Origin: Schmidtea polychroa | Lineage: Eukaryota | Direction: 5' to 3' | Assembly: GCA_044892525.1 (NCBI GenBank) | Contig: CM097887.1 | Location: 105,688,397-105,752,396 of the forward strand | Length of the DNA stretch: 64,000 nucleotides | Shown here: piece after piece, positions 23,257 through 38,272 of the stretch | Position numbering within the stretch: position 1 is the first letter of the stretch | Layout: each line of letters starts with the position of its first letter | The notes under the pieces: generated by a model | Databases searched by the model: none | What the model was told of the DNA's origin: nothing | The model's input: the letters and a program-made list of their open reading frames with translations, nothing else | Program-made: the position numbers and the translations under genes

Positions 23257-26200
23257 ATGATATTTATCATTTCATTAATTGTAACCTTCCTTGCTTTACT
23301 GCTATCCGCATATTTCTTTTATTTTTATTTGAAACCTAAAAAAGATCCACTAATCTCGAGTAAATCTACAGTCACCAAGCATCAAGCAGAACCAAGTGCT
23401 ACTCAATCCAAGAAAAGTAAGAAGCAAAAGAAATCACAGAAAAGTGAGATTAAAGTAGCCCACGAAGAAGTTACTGAGTCTATCAATGAAGTACAAACAG
23501 ATGAAAATGTAAACACAGAAACATTAATTGCTCCTGTTATTTCTATTCCACAAGAAAGCGCGATTTCAACTGATGTTTTGAATAGAAGTTAAATATTTTT
23601 TATTTAACAAACTTTATCAATATATATTTTTTTTCACAGATTTATCAGAAATTGAATATCTTAAAACAGAAATTAAGAAATTTGAAGACGAAAAACAAAC
23701 ACTAAACTATGAGGTTTGCTAATATAAATTTTATTTAAATTAAAGTTATTTTTGATACATTTTAATTTGAAAGGTTGCTTAAATTTAAATAAAAGTTTAT
23801 ATTAAAATCAAGTTTTTTTTCCATGAAATCACAATTTTAAAATAAAAACTGATAGTTTTTACTTTGAATAAAATTAAAAATATTGTGTTGTATTATTAAT
23901 TATTTTCGATTATTTATTATTAACTTCTATACCGTGAATTAAATTGTTGTACATAGATTACAATTCGTTGCAATGATGCAATTGGTTTCATTTTATATTA
24001 TGTAATATAGGCAATGTTTTCTTTATTAGCTAATTTATGTTCAGGAAATTAATCTTATTTTAAAAGACTCTAAATAGAGCATAATTTTCATATGGAAACT
24101 TTGCTAACTGAATGATTTTTATTTTTATTTGACTTTTGTATTTATTAATCAAAATTTTGTTCAAAGGAAAAATAATTTATATTAACGTTATCAAATGACA
24201 ATAGACCAATAACATTTTATTTAACGATTCTCATCTAACAGCACAAATTCTATTTTCAATTAATGGTAAACAAGATAAATCACTTTCTCTAAATATGATA
24301 TTTAATTGCGTTCATATTAGTGGAATTTAAAATACTTTACTTAATTTCTTTGAATATTATATTTTTATGCATTCAAAATATATATATTTCAAGACTTATT
24401 CAATTCTAATTTTCCTCATGTCGCTTTTTCAATATTTTTTACATATATTTTTGAAGTACCTAACTAAACACGAGAACAAGGTAAATGACTTTCCAGAATG
24501 GAAAATCACTTAGTATCAAGGGTATCATTTAAAATGTTTTTTGGGATCCAATATTCATCCTATTATTTAAGTTTAACTAACAAATTTCACAATAAATATA
24601 GTAGTGCTTGTAGAAAAATGTTTAACGACAACATTTTTGATTCGAGTAACTATTATTGCTGATTTATTTTAATCCTTAATAAAAGACTTATTAAAAATTA
24701 GAATGTACACTTTAAACCGGTGCTTCTCATCTGGGGCCCAAGTTGGGGCAACTTCGAAATTAATGGATTTTTAAAATTTGATAGATAATAATTTTTCTCA
24801 AGTATATGAGTCGTATTTTATGTATATTATGATAGAAAAAATTTCTTAAAACTGAAGATATAGTTTTAACCAAGATCTATAAGCAAAATTGAAATTTTTA
24901 AGTAAGGGTTTGTAAAATAATTTGTTAATTAATTCAAAAACTGGGGCAATTTGACCTTTAAACTATTGTTGGGGACATAGAACATAATATGACGAGATGC
25001 ACTGTTTTAAACATTAATTTATTCGAATACTAAAACTACGATTACATCATATATGACATTTCAAAATAGAATGAAGTTAGTTTCGTGGGAAATTTTGAAT
25101 ATTTACATAGAAATATATATTTTAACGGTTGTATCTTTATAGATACGATGGATATTTAAGGGGTAAGGGACACGAACAATAATTGATTTTTAGTAATTTC
25201 ATTTAAAAATCAAAATATGAAAAACATTTGGTGCTGTGATCCCTTGAAAAAATTTCCAAGTTGCGGCAATAAAATTTATCGGTTTTCTCCTTATGTATTT
25301 GACTTCTAAAATATCTGTTTTTTAGTTACAAATTTTATATAATTGAATCATAATTATTTATCTATCGAATAAATACGTCACTACAATGTAATTAGAGTCG
25401 TGGTAGTAGTAGTAATATTGCTTAAATTTAAATGATAGTAAGAAACCACAAAAGAGTAGTCTAATCACAGTAGAATCTAGTAACTTGCAAATTAGAAATT
25501 GTAAACATTTAACCCAAAAACACGGGTTTTAATTTAAAATTTGCAAGTTACTAGATTCTACTGTGATTAGACTACTCTTTTGTGGCCTGGGGTGCGACAC
25601 TCAGGTTGGGAACAACTGATCCATTACATTTTGATTTACTTTATAATCGCAAAATTAAAAATTTATGTTGCATATAATTAATTTGTGATTTTTTGTCAAA
25701 TTGAAAATCAATTTTTATGTTTATAAATTATGGAAATAATTATTATTAAGCGATGCCATATTTTCGCTACTTATTATTTATTCGATACATTCCGTATGGG
25801 AATTATATTCTGTTTATTTGTGTTTTTGGAAACATGGGATATTCTATTTTTGACAATATGCCATATAATTAATTTTTTTTATCTTGGTTCGAATAGTTAG
25901 AAATAAAATCCTTTAGTCAAGCATAGCGCCAAAGTTTTTAATTTTTTATATTGACTAGAAATTTCTAAACATAATGGATATCTTCTGATAGGTGTATCAT
26001 TAATGTAAGATCTCTAATTTGGATTATTCCTCACTTTTGATTGAAAGTATATCTTTAGTTTTTCAATGACAAATTTACGGTATAGCATTTATCAAGTCTA
26101 TTTGATGTATATTTTGATTCAATTTAACTCATTGATCTATTTCCATTGAATTTTTTTATATAATTGTGATAAAGTCAATATTAAATAGTTTTATTGAAAA

Positions 26201-29200
26201 GCGGTATTTATTTTGATAAGATCTGAATTGTATTTTAATTATTTAAAGAACTTTCAAAAATTAAGTCTTTATTATTAACAAGTGGTTTAAATTGCTAGGT
26301 TTATTGAAATTAAGCGCTAAGTGTTATATTTTATTTACTTTTCTGTTATTATATTTCATTGTAGAAAATATTCTTTTAAAAAATAAATTTTCCTTGAATA
26401 TATGATGTCAATATCTGCTAACATTCACATTATCGAATTTTAACTGCAATTTGAAAGCTTTTAGATTTGTGCAAAACATTTAACCGACCTTATTAATTTG
26501 TTTTTCAATTTTTATAATTTAATATGAATGAAAGGTAGCTGTCTGATATTCTATTGTCTCTTATACAATAGAGATCATTACTGTTCCATATCATTGCGAC
26601 AAGCAGATTATCTCGTCTAGAATATTAACATTTAACTTGGCTGTTGATTGATTCACTGGTTATTAGCTACATTTCTAGATTTAACAATTATTAATTAAAA
26701 GTTTAAATACGACCATTTTAATTTATTAACCTCAATAATTACATTAAAATTATTTTTTGTAGGACTATAATATAAATCGTGTTATATATTAATCTCGTTA
26801 GAATCATCAAAATGTTTCAGACTTTCAAAATTTGTGAAATTTAATTAGAATTTGCTATTCTAATTAGATATAATTAAAATAAATCTACAATTTAAAAATT
26901 TTTATCTTGAAATCGAAATGCAGTCGATTTTTATAATCCTATTAAAGAGTGTACATATTGGAAATTAAATGAATTCGATTCAAATATCATCAGAAATGAA
27001 AATATGAACTATTTGAGGTTTAACTTTTCTAACAATTATAAAATTATTATGTTATACATTAAACATTTATGTAATCAAATACTACAGTTAGTTAGCTTCT
27101 GACATCTATAAAATACAAAAATTACGTAAATATAAAAAATTAGTACAGTTTATTTTATTCAACGTATTAGAGTACCAATAGATTAGTGAAAGTAATTTGT
27201 TAATAGCAGATGTTGAATCTGTCACTCAAATTTCATTTGATATAATAATTTTCACCTGCATAAAAATTAATATTACCAAATTAAAAATTCCATAAAAAAT
27301 TTAAAAAAAATCATTACAACCATAGAGATGCTAATTTGTTAACTTTTGGACGAAGTTTAATTGAACTGTTTTAGGAATTTTTAAACCTATTTGACTAAAT
27401 ATTCCATGTCTATATGTCGTAAATGGATATTTTTATATATTTTTGTTGAATTAACAATAACATTCAAGTATCTAATTACTTGAAGATATGTAATTATTAT
27501 TTATCATATCAAATGTATCAACTACATTTTTAGATCCACTTAATCTGGTCCAAGATCTATCCATTAAAAAATTTAAATAAGTTTTTGAAAATAGATATAA
27601 ATAGAACTTTAATAATGAGGTATATTATTTATACTATAGTCATTATAATTACTGAGATGCAAATCACCAAAAAGGCTAGGTTAAAATCTCAATATCAATA
27701 AATTTTTTATTTCCCCCTTAGAAATGATTAACATTGTCGTATTTTAATTAATTATTTTGACAATCGACTCAAGATCACTTCATAGTCAACTGGTAGATTG
27801 CGATCCATTTTCTTGAAACTTTAATTAACTACTATATTTGGCCTTCTATTGTTTGATAGACCGGTACAAATTACTAGAATTCTTAAGGATAACTAGAAAT
27901 TTGTGACAATCTTAATAAAATTTTAGTCAACCTTAAACTTATTTATTATACACGATAATAAATAATTAAATTTTAATGATTTTTAAAAGTAGTGTTGATG
28001 GAAATTTTTTATTTATAGCTAATTAACATCTTATATCCTCATCTTTTATTTACAATCTCGTTTATCTAATTCGATTATTGATCAATATGGTAAATAAAAT
28101 CCACACATCGATCTGTAGTCTGATAGAATGGAGATAAATTAGATAGTTTATCAATAGAATTAAAAGTTTTACTGATAATAAAATATAGAATTTTAAGCCA
28201 ATTCATTTTTCGATTTTTTATTGAACTCTGAACAGGAATTTCCAATTAATAAAACTGCCGTAAATTAGCATACAAATCGGAGAATGTTTTATGCTATTGA
28301 TAGTTTCTAATTATGATTAAATTGTTTATCACTGCACACTGAGTTTGTAATTTCGTTCTTTTTATTTATTTACAGTTAGCTATGTGTGTATGGCCTGTAA
28401 AAATTATTATAAAACTGATTAATTTAATTAAATGTTTCATATTTTGTATATTATTGTTGGATGTGCTTTAAAAGTATTTATCGTCAACAGCTAGAAGAAG
28501 CCCAAGAAAGGATCGCCAAATATAGAGAAGACACTGAAAAACTTGCCGAAGAAAATAAAACTATAAAATCTAATTTTACAAAATTAGAACGTTCAAAGGC
28601 CAAGGTAAGATAGTAAAACCTTTTTTGTTTTGTTTTCTTATCCAGTTTCAATAGACCGATGAACATCTAAGAACAATAGAAAATTCTAACGCAGAATCAA
28701 TAGCTAAAATTGAAGAGATAGAAAGAAAATTAACCCAAAACAATTCCGAAAATGTAGAACTGAAACAAAAGTTTGAAATATCCTCACAAAAACTCCATAA
28801 ATCAAAAATTGAATTGAAATCAGAACAAGAAAAATTGAAATTAGTTCAATGTGAAAAAGACAATGCTATTAAAAACCAAGAAGAAATTACTAGAAAATTC
28901 AATGAATTATTTGAAAAGAACAAAAGTGACAATTCAAATCACGTTGAAATGTATCGTCAATATGAACATAAAATTTCCCAAATTAATAATGATTATAAAC
29001 AGGTGAAGATCGAAACTGTTAATTTGAATAATTTATTGCAAGCGAAAGAAAAAGAAATCAATAATTTAAATAAGGAATTGAACAATTTAAATATTCAATT
29101 AACTAAAAGTAAAGAAGAAAACCACAATCTCTCGTTTAATTTTAATAAAATTTCTAAAGATTTGAACTCAAGAGAATCTCAAACATCTCAAATCTCTAAT

Positions 29201-32200
29201 GAAAACCGACGTTTATCAGAAGATCTTGACAATTTAAAAACCGAAATAAGTTTTACAAAAGTGGACAATGAATTGAAATTAAAAAAGATGTCGGAAGATT
29301 TAAAGGAAAAGGATGCCATGCTTCATGATCTTGAAAACGATAAGAGTTTAATGGAAGAAGAAATCGACAGATTAAGAAAAGAATTCGAAAATTTAAGAGA
29401 AATTAATGAAAAAACTTTGTCTAATGTATTAGAATCGAAAGCCAATTTAGAAGAAACTAATAGAGAATTACACAAACAAATAGAAATTGCAAAGAAAGAA
29501 TTTACAGATGAGAATATTAAATTGATGAACGAAATCGAACGTTTACAACTTGATTGTAGTGATAAAATTGGAATTTTTAATGATAAATCTTGTCTCCAGG
29601 AAGAAATCACTCTTTTGAAGACATCTTGTTCAAACAAAGAAGAAGAGTTAAGCAAACTTCATGCAATTTCTGAAGAATTGAAAGAAAAAAATAATGATTT
29701 ACGAGTATTACAAGATCAAAAAATGGATTTTTTGAAAGAAATTGATCATTTGAAAAAAGAAATCAATTCCAGAGATTTTTCAAACAATGAGAAAGTTATC
29801 GAGTTATCTCAGAGTGTAAAAACAAACGAAATCGTTATTTCTGAACTTTTAAATGAAAAGAAACAATTAGAGAAAAAGTTAGAAGATTTGAAAAAGTCAA
29901 TCGGTGAAAGGGAAATTTATTTCCAGAATTCCAAACCAAAAGTCGAGTTTGAAGAACTTTCCAAAAAGTTGGAACAGAAAAATGAGGAGCTTTTGAAAGT
30001 TCAACACGAAAAACGAGAATTGAAATCCGAGATAAACAAAGCCAATGAATATTACAAACGCCAAATGGCTGATTTAAATGAAAATCTTGAAAGGAAAATC
30101 AAAGAATTGGACTTTCAAAATGATTTCTGCATAGCTTGGAAAGATAAATGTGAACAGTTGGAAAAGATGTTACAAGAAGCACTCAATTCAAATCGTCAAG
30201 TCGAGAGCATTATTCAAGAAACCCGTGTTGAACCAATCGAATCTTTTGCCAGTTCTTGTCGCACTGCTGAAGAAATGAAGTCCCACATTGTTAAACTTGA
30301 ATCGGAATTGTTAGCTCTTCAACGCAAATATTACGAATTGAAGACTACTGCCATTGTGAGTAAATAGATTTATATTTTAGTATCAATTTTTTATTAAATT
30401 AGTTAATTATTATTTTGTTTTAAATAATTACTATTGATTATATTGATTTTAATACTAATTTATTCATTTTTTTTATATTGATTTTATTTAATACTGATTT
30501 ATTCATTTATTATATTGACTTTATTCAATATCGATTTATTCATTTCCCATCATTATTGATTTATTCAGAACCTTTATTTTCAAAATGTTAAAATAAAATT
30601 TTCCATTAACATGATGAATTAATATATTGATAAATAATTTTAAAAAAAATTCAAAAATGACGTATAAAATCTAAACATTTATGAAAATTCAAATTAATTT
30701 CTAAAATTAAATATTAATTAATATAATTTTTGTGCAAAAAAATTATTTAAAACATTATTTTTACAAAAATAAATAAGATTTTTAAATAATTTTCTGAAAT
30801 TGCAAAAATAATACATTGTTACATAGAAAATTTATTTACAATTGATATTGAAATAAAATGTCATATTGTCGATAAAAGTGAAAGTTACGGAGATTTTTTA
30901 ACTTTTAAATAATGAATCGCAAACATAAGTACAGATCTAGTAAATTATATATACTATATTAGAAAAGTAATTCACGAAGTGTAATATTGTGTTGTCTGGA
31001 AGTGTTACAACTATTGTTACATATTTGCTACCAAAACTACTTTCTGTGCTCATGAAACGAATTTTTATTCGTTTTACTTTAAAAATAACTGCTTAGGTTG
31101 TTTAGGTGTAACTTTTCTCTATAAATTATTTATTGAGTTTTACAATTTGATTTTTAAAGATCGCCTTACATTCCGAGAATTCGGTATATAGCAAAATATG
31201 AATGTTTTTGTGTATAATATAAAAATAGTCTCTATGATTTGACTCTTACCGAAAAATTATATTATATTGCCCAAAAAGTTTAGAGACCCATACAAACTAG
31301 TTACTGCACTGATTCATTATATTATTCTTTTCTATTATCCACGATTTGAATACAAATAGTAGTCTATTTCTGATTTTTTGTTAATTTTCATAAATTAAGA
31401 TTTTGAATTTTTAGAAACTAAAATTTAAAATAAATTCAATATTAATTTTACTCGTGTGAAAAATTAGTTTGAAATTTGAACTATTATAATTATTAAATTT
31501 TTGCCTGTTTCCAAAGGTCAAGTTATTTCATTTATAAAAAATTAATCAAATTAAAAATGCCAATTTAATTGTTTAAATCGATATTATTATTAGTAAAATA
31601 AAAAAATACAAAAGCTAAAAATAAAAATTCTCCCAGTTACATTTGACATTTACTCATTGAAATTTATTGATGAATTATGGCTGATTTTATACCACGACTC
31701 TTATTAAAACTTAATATTTTGAACTTAGATCTTTTAAATGAGAGATTTTTTTCCGAAGGTCATTTATAAAAACTAATCATATTTAGGATGTTAATTTAAT
31801 TCTTTAAATTGATATTATTATGGATTTTACCCTTTAGATGCGGATAAATCATTTCTTATGGTTCTCAATTGCGAAATCCAGATTTATCCCACGCTCTATA
31901 TATTTTTTAATTTAACTTTGAAAGTGAATAAAAGTGCAGCAGAGAATTAAATCGCAATTAAATCTTTAATTTTTATTGTATAATTGACTCATTAGTGACG
32001 CTTTATGAAATTTATCAGCGCTTAAAGGGTTAAACAAAAAGCAATGTTAAATTAAATCATTTCAACTTCTAAGAATGGAATTTTATCAATCACATGTTAC
32101 ATAATATATCCATGTAGTTGATTTTACACTCATTCGTTCGCAAGTTTCATAAATCCAATATCGACTGAATTATTTTATTTTTATTTATAAATGGCGTGAT

Positions 32201-35200
32201 CAACGACAATATCCAGAAAAATAGACTACTAGTTCAAAAACTTAAAAATTTCTATAATTTTTCAGATGGCTCGAGGTCCCCTCAAATTTCAGATATGAAT
32301 CATCATATTCCATTTGTTTTTTGAAGCATTATGATTCTCGAAAGAAACTTTTATAAATTAAGTAGTGATTTATAATTTTTAAGTTAACAATCAAAAGAAT
32401 TCTCGTGACAATTCTATTGCTGTTTGTAATTTGTGATATTTTTTTAAAAAATACTAATACAGATACTAAATGGCCTATAACTGGATTCTAATAGGTTTAA
32501 ATTATGCAAAATAAAATCACTGAATTGTTACGATTAAAGGGAAATTGTTCATATTAATAATTCAAAAGTTATTATTTAAGCATAAAAAGACTCCAAATCT
32601 AAAATTTTTATTCAAAATATTTTTACTAAAAATCTGTTTGCGGTCCCCAAACGGGAACCGCTGATCCAGACTATTTAATTTGTAAGAAATTGACAAATTT
32701 TTTATTCCCAGGCAAGTAATGATATTCCTGAATCTAATTCGAAAAGCCCAGCAAACGTTAATATTTACCAATCAGATATCATTAGTATTCCACCAGCAGA
32801 CGCGACAATTGAAGCGGAAACTATTTCCGATATTAAGATTGATCAGTAATTATTCGATATTTCATAACTGCTATAGAAAAAAAATATTTTCATTAGATCT
32901 TATTCTGCCAGTCACCTCCTTGATTCCATTGAAAAGTTGAACATTGAAATTTCCGAGCAGCGATTGAAAAATCAAGTATATATTATTTTAAGATTTGTTA
33001 TTTCATAGTACCTTGTAATTAATTATTTATCTACTTATTTTTTTATAACCTATTGATTTTGCCTATTTCTAACAATTTCCTCGAGTTCTGAGTGCTAAGA
33101 TAATTGAGTATCACATTTATTCGTATTTGTAGATTCGAATTACTCATCAAATCGTTTTTAAAATCTACAAGTCATAAAAATCAATAATTGTAAAAATATT
33201 TGAACCATTGCTAAAAATAATCTAAAAGATTATTATCTAATCAATAATTCAATTCTTTTTTAATATCTACGAATCTCTTTGAAAATCAAACCAATAGAAT
33301 TCCAAATATTCGGTGTTATTAAAAACGCATCTAATTCATCGTAATTTAAATCAGAAATATTTATTGTAACATTTATTCATAATTTTTAAGGCATAAAATT
33401 GTCATTCATGCCAAAATTTGTCTAGATATTGATTGAAGATTTAATATTCTTTGGCTCCAACTTTTTTTAGCTAAATTAATCGATTGATTACATAGACATC
33501 TTTTTTATTACAATTTTCAAATATAATTCAATTTTGTATATTTTATAGTATAAACAAATATTTCATATCTGCCAAAATTAATATAAATTAAAAAAAATTG
33601 AAATTAAATTTAAAATAATTGGTTAACCCATTAGTTACTGTAAACCTCAAATGAGGATTATTATGTTTTACAGTTCTAATTTTAAAAGTTGGCATCACTG
33701 AATAATTGCAGTTGCTAGATACTATCAATATATCCTAACTTATCAGTTCCCAGTCACAGCCGCTTAAACACATGATTTTATTTGATTAAAATAGGGCATA
33801 CTATCCATAACCCTAACCCTTTTTTATTTTTTATTTTGACTTTTATAGATTTTAATAACATTTATCATCATCTAATTATAATAAATGTAAAGCGATGTTG
33901 AACAATGTATCACAAAGATGTAATACGGGGTCAGTTTCAGTTGATTTTGTACAAGAAATAGTTAAAATACGTCAACAAAATTGCTGTCAAATTAGATATC
34001 AATTGACAAATGGTTGTTGTCTGTAAGAAATAATTTCTGATTATTTATTTTTTTCTGTTACTATATAGAACCATATAAAATAGTAATGGACTAGCGGAAT
34101 TTTGAAAAAAAAATCGATTCATTTTATAACAGGGCTTCCAATCTTTTGAATAATCTATCTTTGAGAATTACTACAAACTCTAGTTGAGCGAATTTAGATT
34201 TCAGTATGTCGAATAAATGAAAGAAAACAGATATTATAAGAAAAAAATAAGCAACATTAGTTTTTAATTAATATGGAAGACGATGATTTTACACAATAAA
34301 CATACATGGAGGTGCTACAGTGCATTATCGGGCTGTTGAACACGTGATAGTAAGTGAAAGTTGCTTTAAATGAAAAATATTTGTTCGCAAAAAAGTAATT
34401 ACACTCTTCAGACGGTACAACGGACTTGAAACCGCTTTTTTGACCTTAGTGATACGCATGTAATATTAGATTTTGAAATCATATAATGAATATATTCTTT
34501 GGCCTATTGAGATCTTTCTGTATTTTATGGTATATCATTATTTTAGCAAGTGATTCTAAAATACTTTTTGGTTAATTTTTTGTCATTATTGAATTCTAAA
34601 TTTCCTATTAAATTCTTTTAATCAGATTTTCAATTATCCAATTTGCATTGACACTTTGATTCTTCAACGCTTAACTATTGTTGAAAAAGCTTCGAATTAG
34701 TATTTTGATAACTTTCCAACATTTTCTATAACGCATTCTATTTAATCACCAAGGAGAAATTTTCAAAATGCATAAATCATAGACAAGTGCATTTTAAATT
34801 TGTCTCAAGTCTTCGCCATTCAACAAATATTTGATCTGTGAAGTACTGGTTGTCGAATTACTTGCACTAGAAATCCATTATAAATGAATAATTAGTCAAG
34901 TTGTGCTTTCCTAATCAAATGAAAATCTCTTAATTAAGCAACATTTTTTGTGTAGTGAAATATCGATTTTAATAACCGATTTGACTCTGTTTCACTGTTT
35001 TAGACCTTAGACAAACAGTCAATTGACAAAAATATTGAAGTAAATGCCTTAAAGCAATGCTTGTATGGATTAGACGGTGATCTGCTTTCTATTGAACATT
35101 TGGCGCTTGTACATATTTATATTTCTTTATACTTTTATTTCTAATTGTTGTTGCTTATTGTTTAAGTTACCTTAAACATATCTATGTTTTGTATTTGTGT

Positions 35201-38200
35201 TATATTGGAATCATAGCAAATTGATAACAAAGACTTTTATCAATTTAGGATTTACAGAAATCATTTTCTGAATCATCATCAGAGAAAAATAAACTCAAAA
35301 CCGACTATAATAAATTGATGAAAGAACATGAAGTAACGCAAATTTTTACTAACTGCCTAAATTTTGATTTCTCTATGTGCAGTCTGTCAAGGCAAAATAT
35401 GACTCGCTAGCTGAGGAATTTTATGTGTTGAGAAATGCGACAGAAATTCAGGACAATAATGAAACGATTCAACTATTGGAAGAGCAATTAAAAAGGTAAT
35501 TTTTAAAAATCAAATATTGTTTAATAAGTTCTAATTTGAATTATTCACACTTAGAAATAATTCTATTAATTTTCCAAAAGTAATAATTTTCTAGTTTATT
35601 ATTTAATTTTTCTTCATAATTTTCTTCATAATAAATAAAAGTTAAATATTACGTCGGTTTTTGGAAAGCTAAAAATAAATACATAGTTGAAAATTATTTA
35701 TGAATATTATTACATTACCGAATCAGTTGAACATATCAATTGGTGTATATCATGCCAAAATTTGTATTTAAATTTGATGATATTAAATGTCAGTCGTTCG
35801 TTCTCCGGTAAAAATACATTATGACATATGCAGACAATGTCAATGATACTTATAATTCAATCATATTTTATATTAATCTGTTTCATTTGCAGACATGATT
35901 GTTTTATTCTATTTTTTTATTTATTATAATANNNNNNNNNNNNNNNNNNNNNNNNNNNNNNNNNNNNNNNNNNNNNNNNNNNNNNNNNNNNNNNNNNNNN
36001 NNNNNNNNNNNNNNNNNNNNNNNNNNNNNNNNNNNNNNNNNNNNNNNNNNNNNNNNNNNNNNNNNNNNNNNNNNNNNNNNNNNNNTTGTATAATGGTTTT
36101 TCCAATACAGAAACCACTAAACTTATGTCATATGATGGAGTAACAAATGGAAACCATGCTTTTGGAGGGCCTTGCAAACACCCATTCTAGAAATAAAATC
36201 ACCAAAATAGACTTTGAAAAGGCTAGGAAAAAACTTTAAATTATATTTTATTATAAATTTAAAATGTAGAATTTTATTGGTTTAAATAATAAAAAACTAG
36301 TTAAATATTGCATTTTATTTCTTATATAAACATCTATTTAAACTTGCTCAAATCATTTCGTTATCTATTTCATCCGTAAAAAATATTTAGCTGCCAGAAG
36401 GGTATTAGAATAAATCTTGTGCGTAAACCTTAAGTTTGTAGTTAATTTCCGTGCAAAAAATAAAAACCAATTTTAATTTTTACATACAATTCATTCGTGC
36501 ACTTTTTAATGCACTATTTTATTTCAATAAATTTTTTCAATTTTGAACTAATAATACTGAAATTTAAAATAGAATAAAATCTGGAATTTATTGAACTAAG
36601 AAAATCCATTTGGAATTATAGAGGATTTTATTGTTATCTTTTTCTTAAACACAATAGATATATAACTTTTTCAAATATTTATTCAATACAACAAACAATT
36701 AATAAAGATTGATTAATCAACAAATTGTCACTATGTTATTTTGTTGCCATGTCTACTAGATTTGTGTGCATTAGCATATTTTAGTTTATTAATATTGTCC
36801 TAGGAAATACCATTGTTATTAATTCGTAATTACACTTTCACAATTTTCTTATAAAATCTATAAATTCCACAAATAATATCGATATACTGTAACTTTTCCA
36901 ATTTATTAATTTACCATGTTCTGTTAGTGTATATTTGACAATAAATTGGTTATAAATTTTTATATTAACATGTTATTTTGCTGCTCAGTTGTGGCTGAAA
37001 TATTGCTGCAGGTTTGATCTGAAACGCAACTAGTTCAATTAATATCTTTTAACAGAATTTTTTATTTTTCCTATTCGATAATGTTTTCCCCACATGTTTG
37101 ACCTAGTTGAATGTAACAAATATTGGCTTTGTTTTAGATGTCAAGAAGAAAATTATCATTTGAAAATTCAATTGGATCATTATAGAGAAACACTTGAAAA
37201 AACAGAAAACTGCCTACAAAATATCCAGGCATCTGTTGACCAGGAAGAAAATAACTGGAAGATTTGCTTAAAATCATCTGAGCAAGAACAAGAACGAGTA
37301 AATTGTTTATAATCTATTTTTAAATCAATCATATGAAAATCAGCTCGAAGAAAAAATCAAAGAACTTCTTAATCAAATCGAGGAATTAAGAACTAAACAG
37401 CAATCGGATTCACCGACGATGGTATGTATTAAACTGTTTTTAAAAAGGGTTATGCAATGATTGTTTGATTGAGTCTTTTAGTTTTATATTGAAATTTTGT
37501 CAAAAATCTTAGCGGTTTAATAAAAATTTTATAAAATAATAAATATTATTATAAACCAATTATATTCATTTACCAATTGATTTTTGATTATTAATTTAAA
37601 TTATAATAAAATTCTTTTTATATCTATGGTTAAAAATGTTTAATTATTATTATTACTATTTCTCTAAAAATTGTACTAGTAAAATATTTGTGATATTAAT
37701 TAATAAAAATTTGGAATAATTAATAATAATAATATTATTAAATGATAATTAATTAAAATAATAATAACTTTTTATATAAGTGTCTGTGATTACCAGATCA
37801 GAATTATTATCGATAAGTTTTTCCGCATAATTGATCAACTATTATATTTTTTCTACTCGAATTGATTTTTTTATCAAAATAATTTCGAAATCAAAATTCA
37901 TGTTAATCTGTATTATAATTATATTATAATTGGAAATTTAAAATTATTTGTTTTAATTCTAAAAAAAAATGATTTTGGAAAATTGTTATCATGAATTTAA
38001 AATAAATTAGCTTTGCTGCTTTGAAAGAGCTTTTTAAAATAATGCTTGCTCTAATTTTATTGACTTTTGAGTGCCTGATATTGATTTTTTATGATTACGG
38101 TTTTCGAGGATTTGTTTTTATTATTTTCACTGGAACAACAAGTTATTATCAATGTGTTCTGTCTAATTAGATCTCTATGGAAACCCCACCCATTGCAAAC

Positions 38201-38272
38201 GGGTCGCTATCTTCTGAAACGAAAAAGAAAAGAAAGCGTAAAAACAGAAAGAAGAAGAATAAAAATCGTTAG
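23257..38272 (+). CDS. Kinectin / ribosome receptor p180 (KTN1/RRBP1 family) ER membrane coiled-coil protein, 12 exons, 1024 aa
   Basis: Exons 23257-23587, 23640-23713, 28491-28604, 28655-30355, 32712-32845, 32897-32975, 35004-35108, 35249-35332, 35383-35495, 37138-37297, 37344-37421 and 38171-38272 (3075 nt, all phases match). N-terminal signal-anchor followed by a Lys-rich stretch, long heptad region, and LDHYRETLEKTENCLQNIQASVDQEENNWK matching the KTN1/RRBP1 motif Y(R/K)S(I/V)LAETEG(M/I)L..LQ.SVE.EE..W. Confidence 0.82.
24718..25004. mobile_element. hAT-type MITE
   Basis: Ends CGGTGCTTCTCATC / CAGTGCATCTCGTC; 8-bp TSD CTTTAAAC / TTTTAAAC (7/8). Confidence 0.7.
25446..25585. repeat. Perfect 48-bp inverted repeat with 44-nt spacer
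   Basis: 25446-25493 is the exact reverse complement of 25538-25585; immediately followed by a hAT-like right end (..CAGGTTGGGAACAACTG, to 25618). Confidence 0.92.
31830..32029. mobile_element. piggyBac-like MITE
   Basis: Ends CCCTTTAGATGCGGATAAAT / CCCTTTAAGCGCTGATAAAT; flanks TTTA and TTAA. Confidence 0.5.

Noticed and set aside
29323-29655. Minus-strand 110-aa ORF
   Set aside because: Antisense to the coiled-coil exon 4.
33808-33822. TAACCCTAACCC telomere-like motif
   Set aside because: Only two units; expected by chance.
3957-36085. ORFs spanning the five N-runs
   Set aside because: Artefacts of undetermined or masked bases. I cannot tell whether these are gaps or hard masking.
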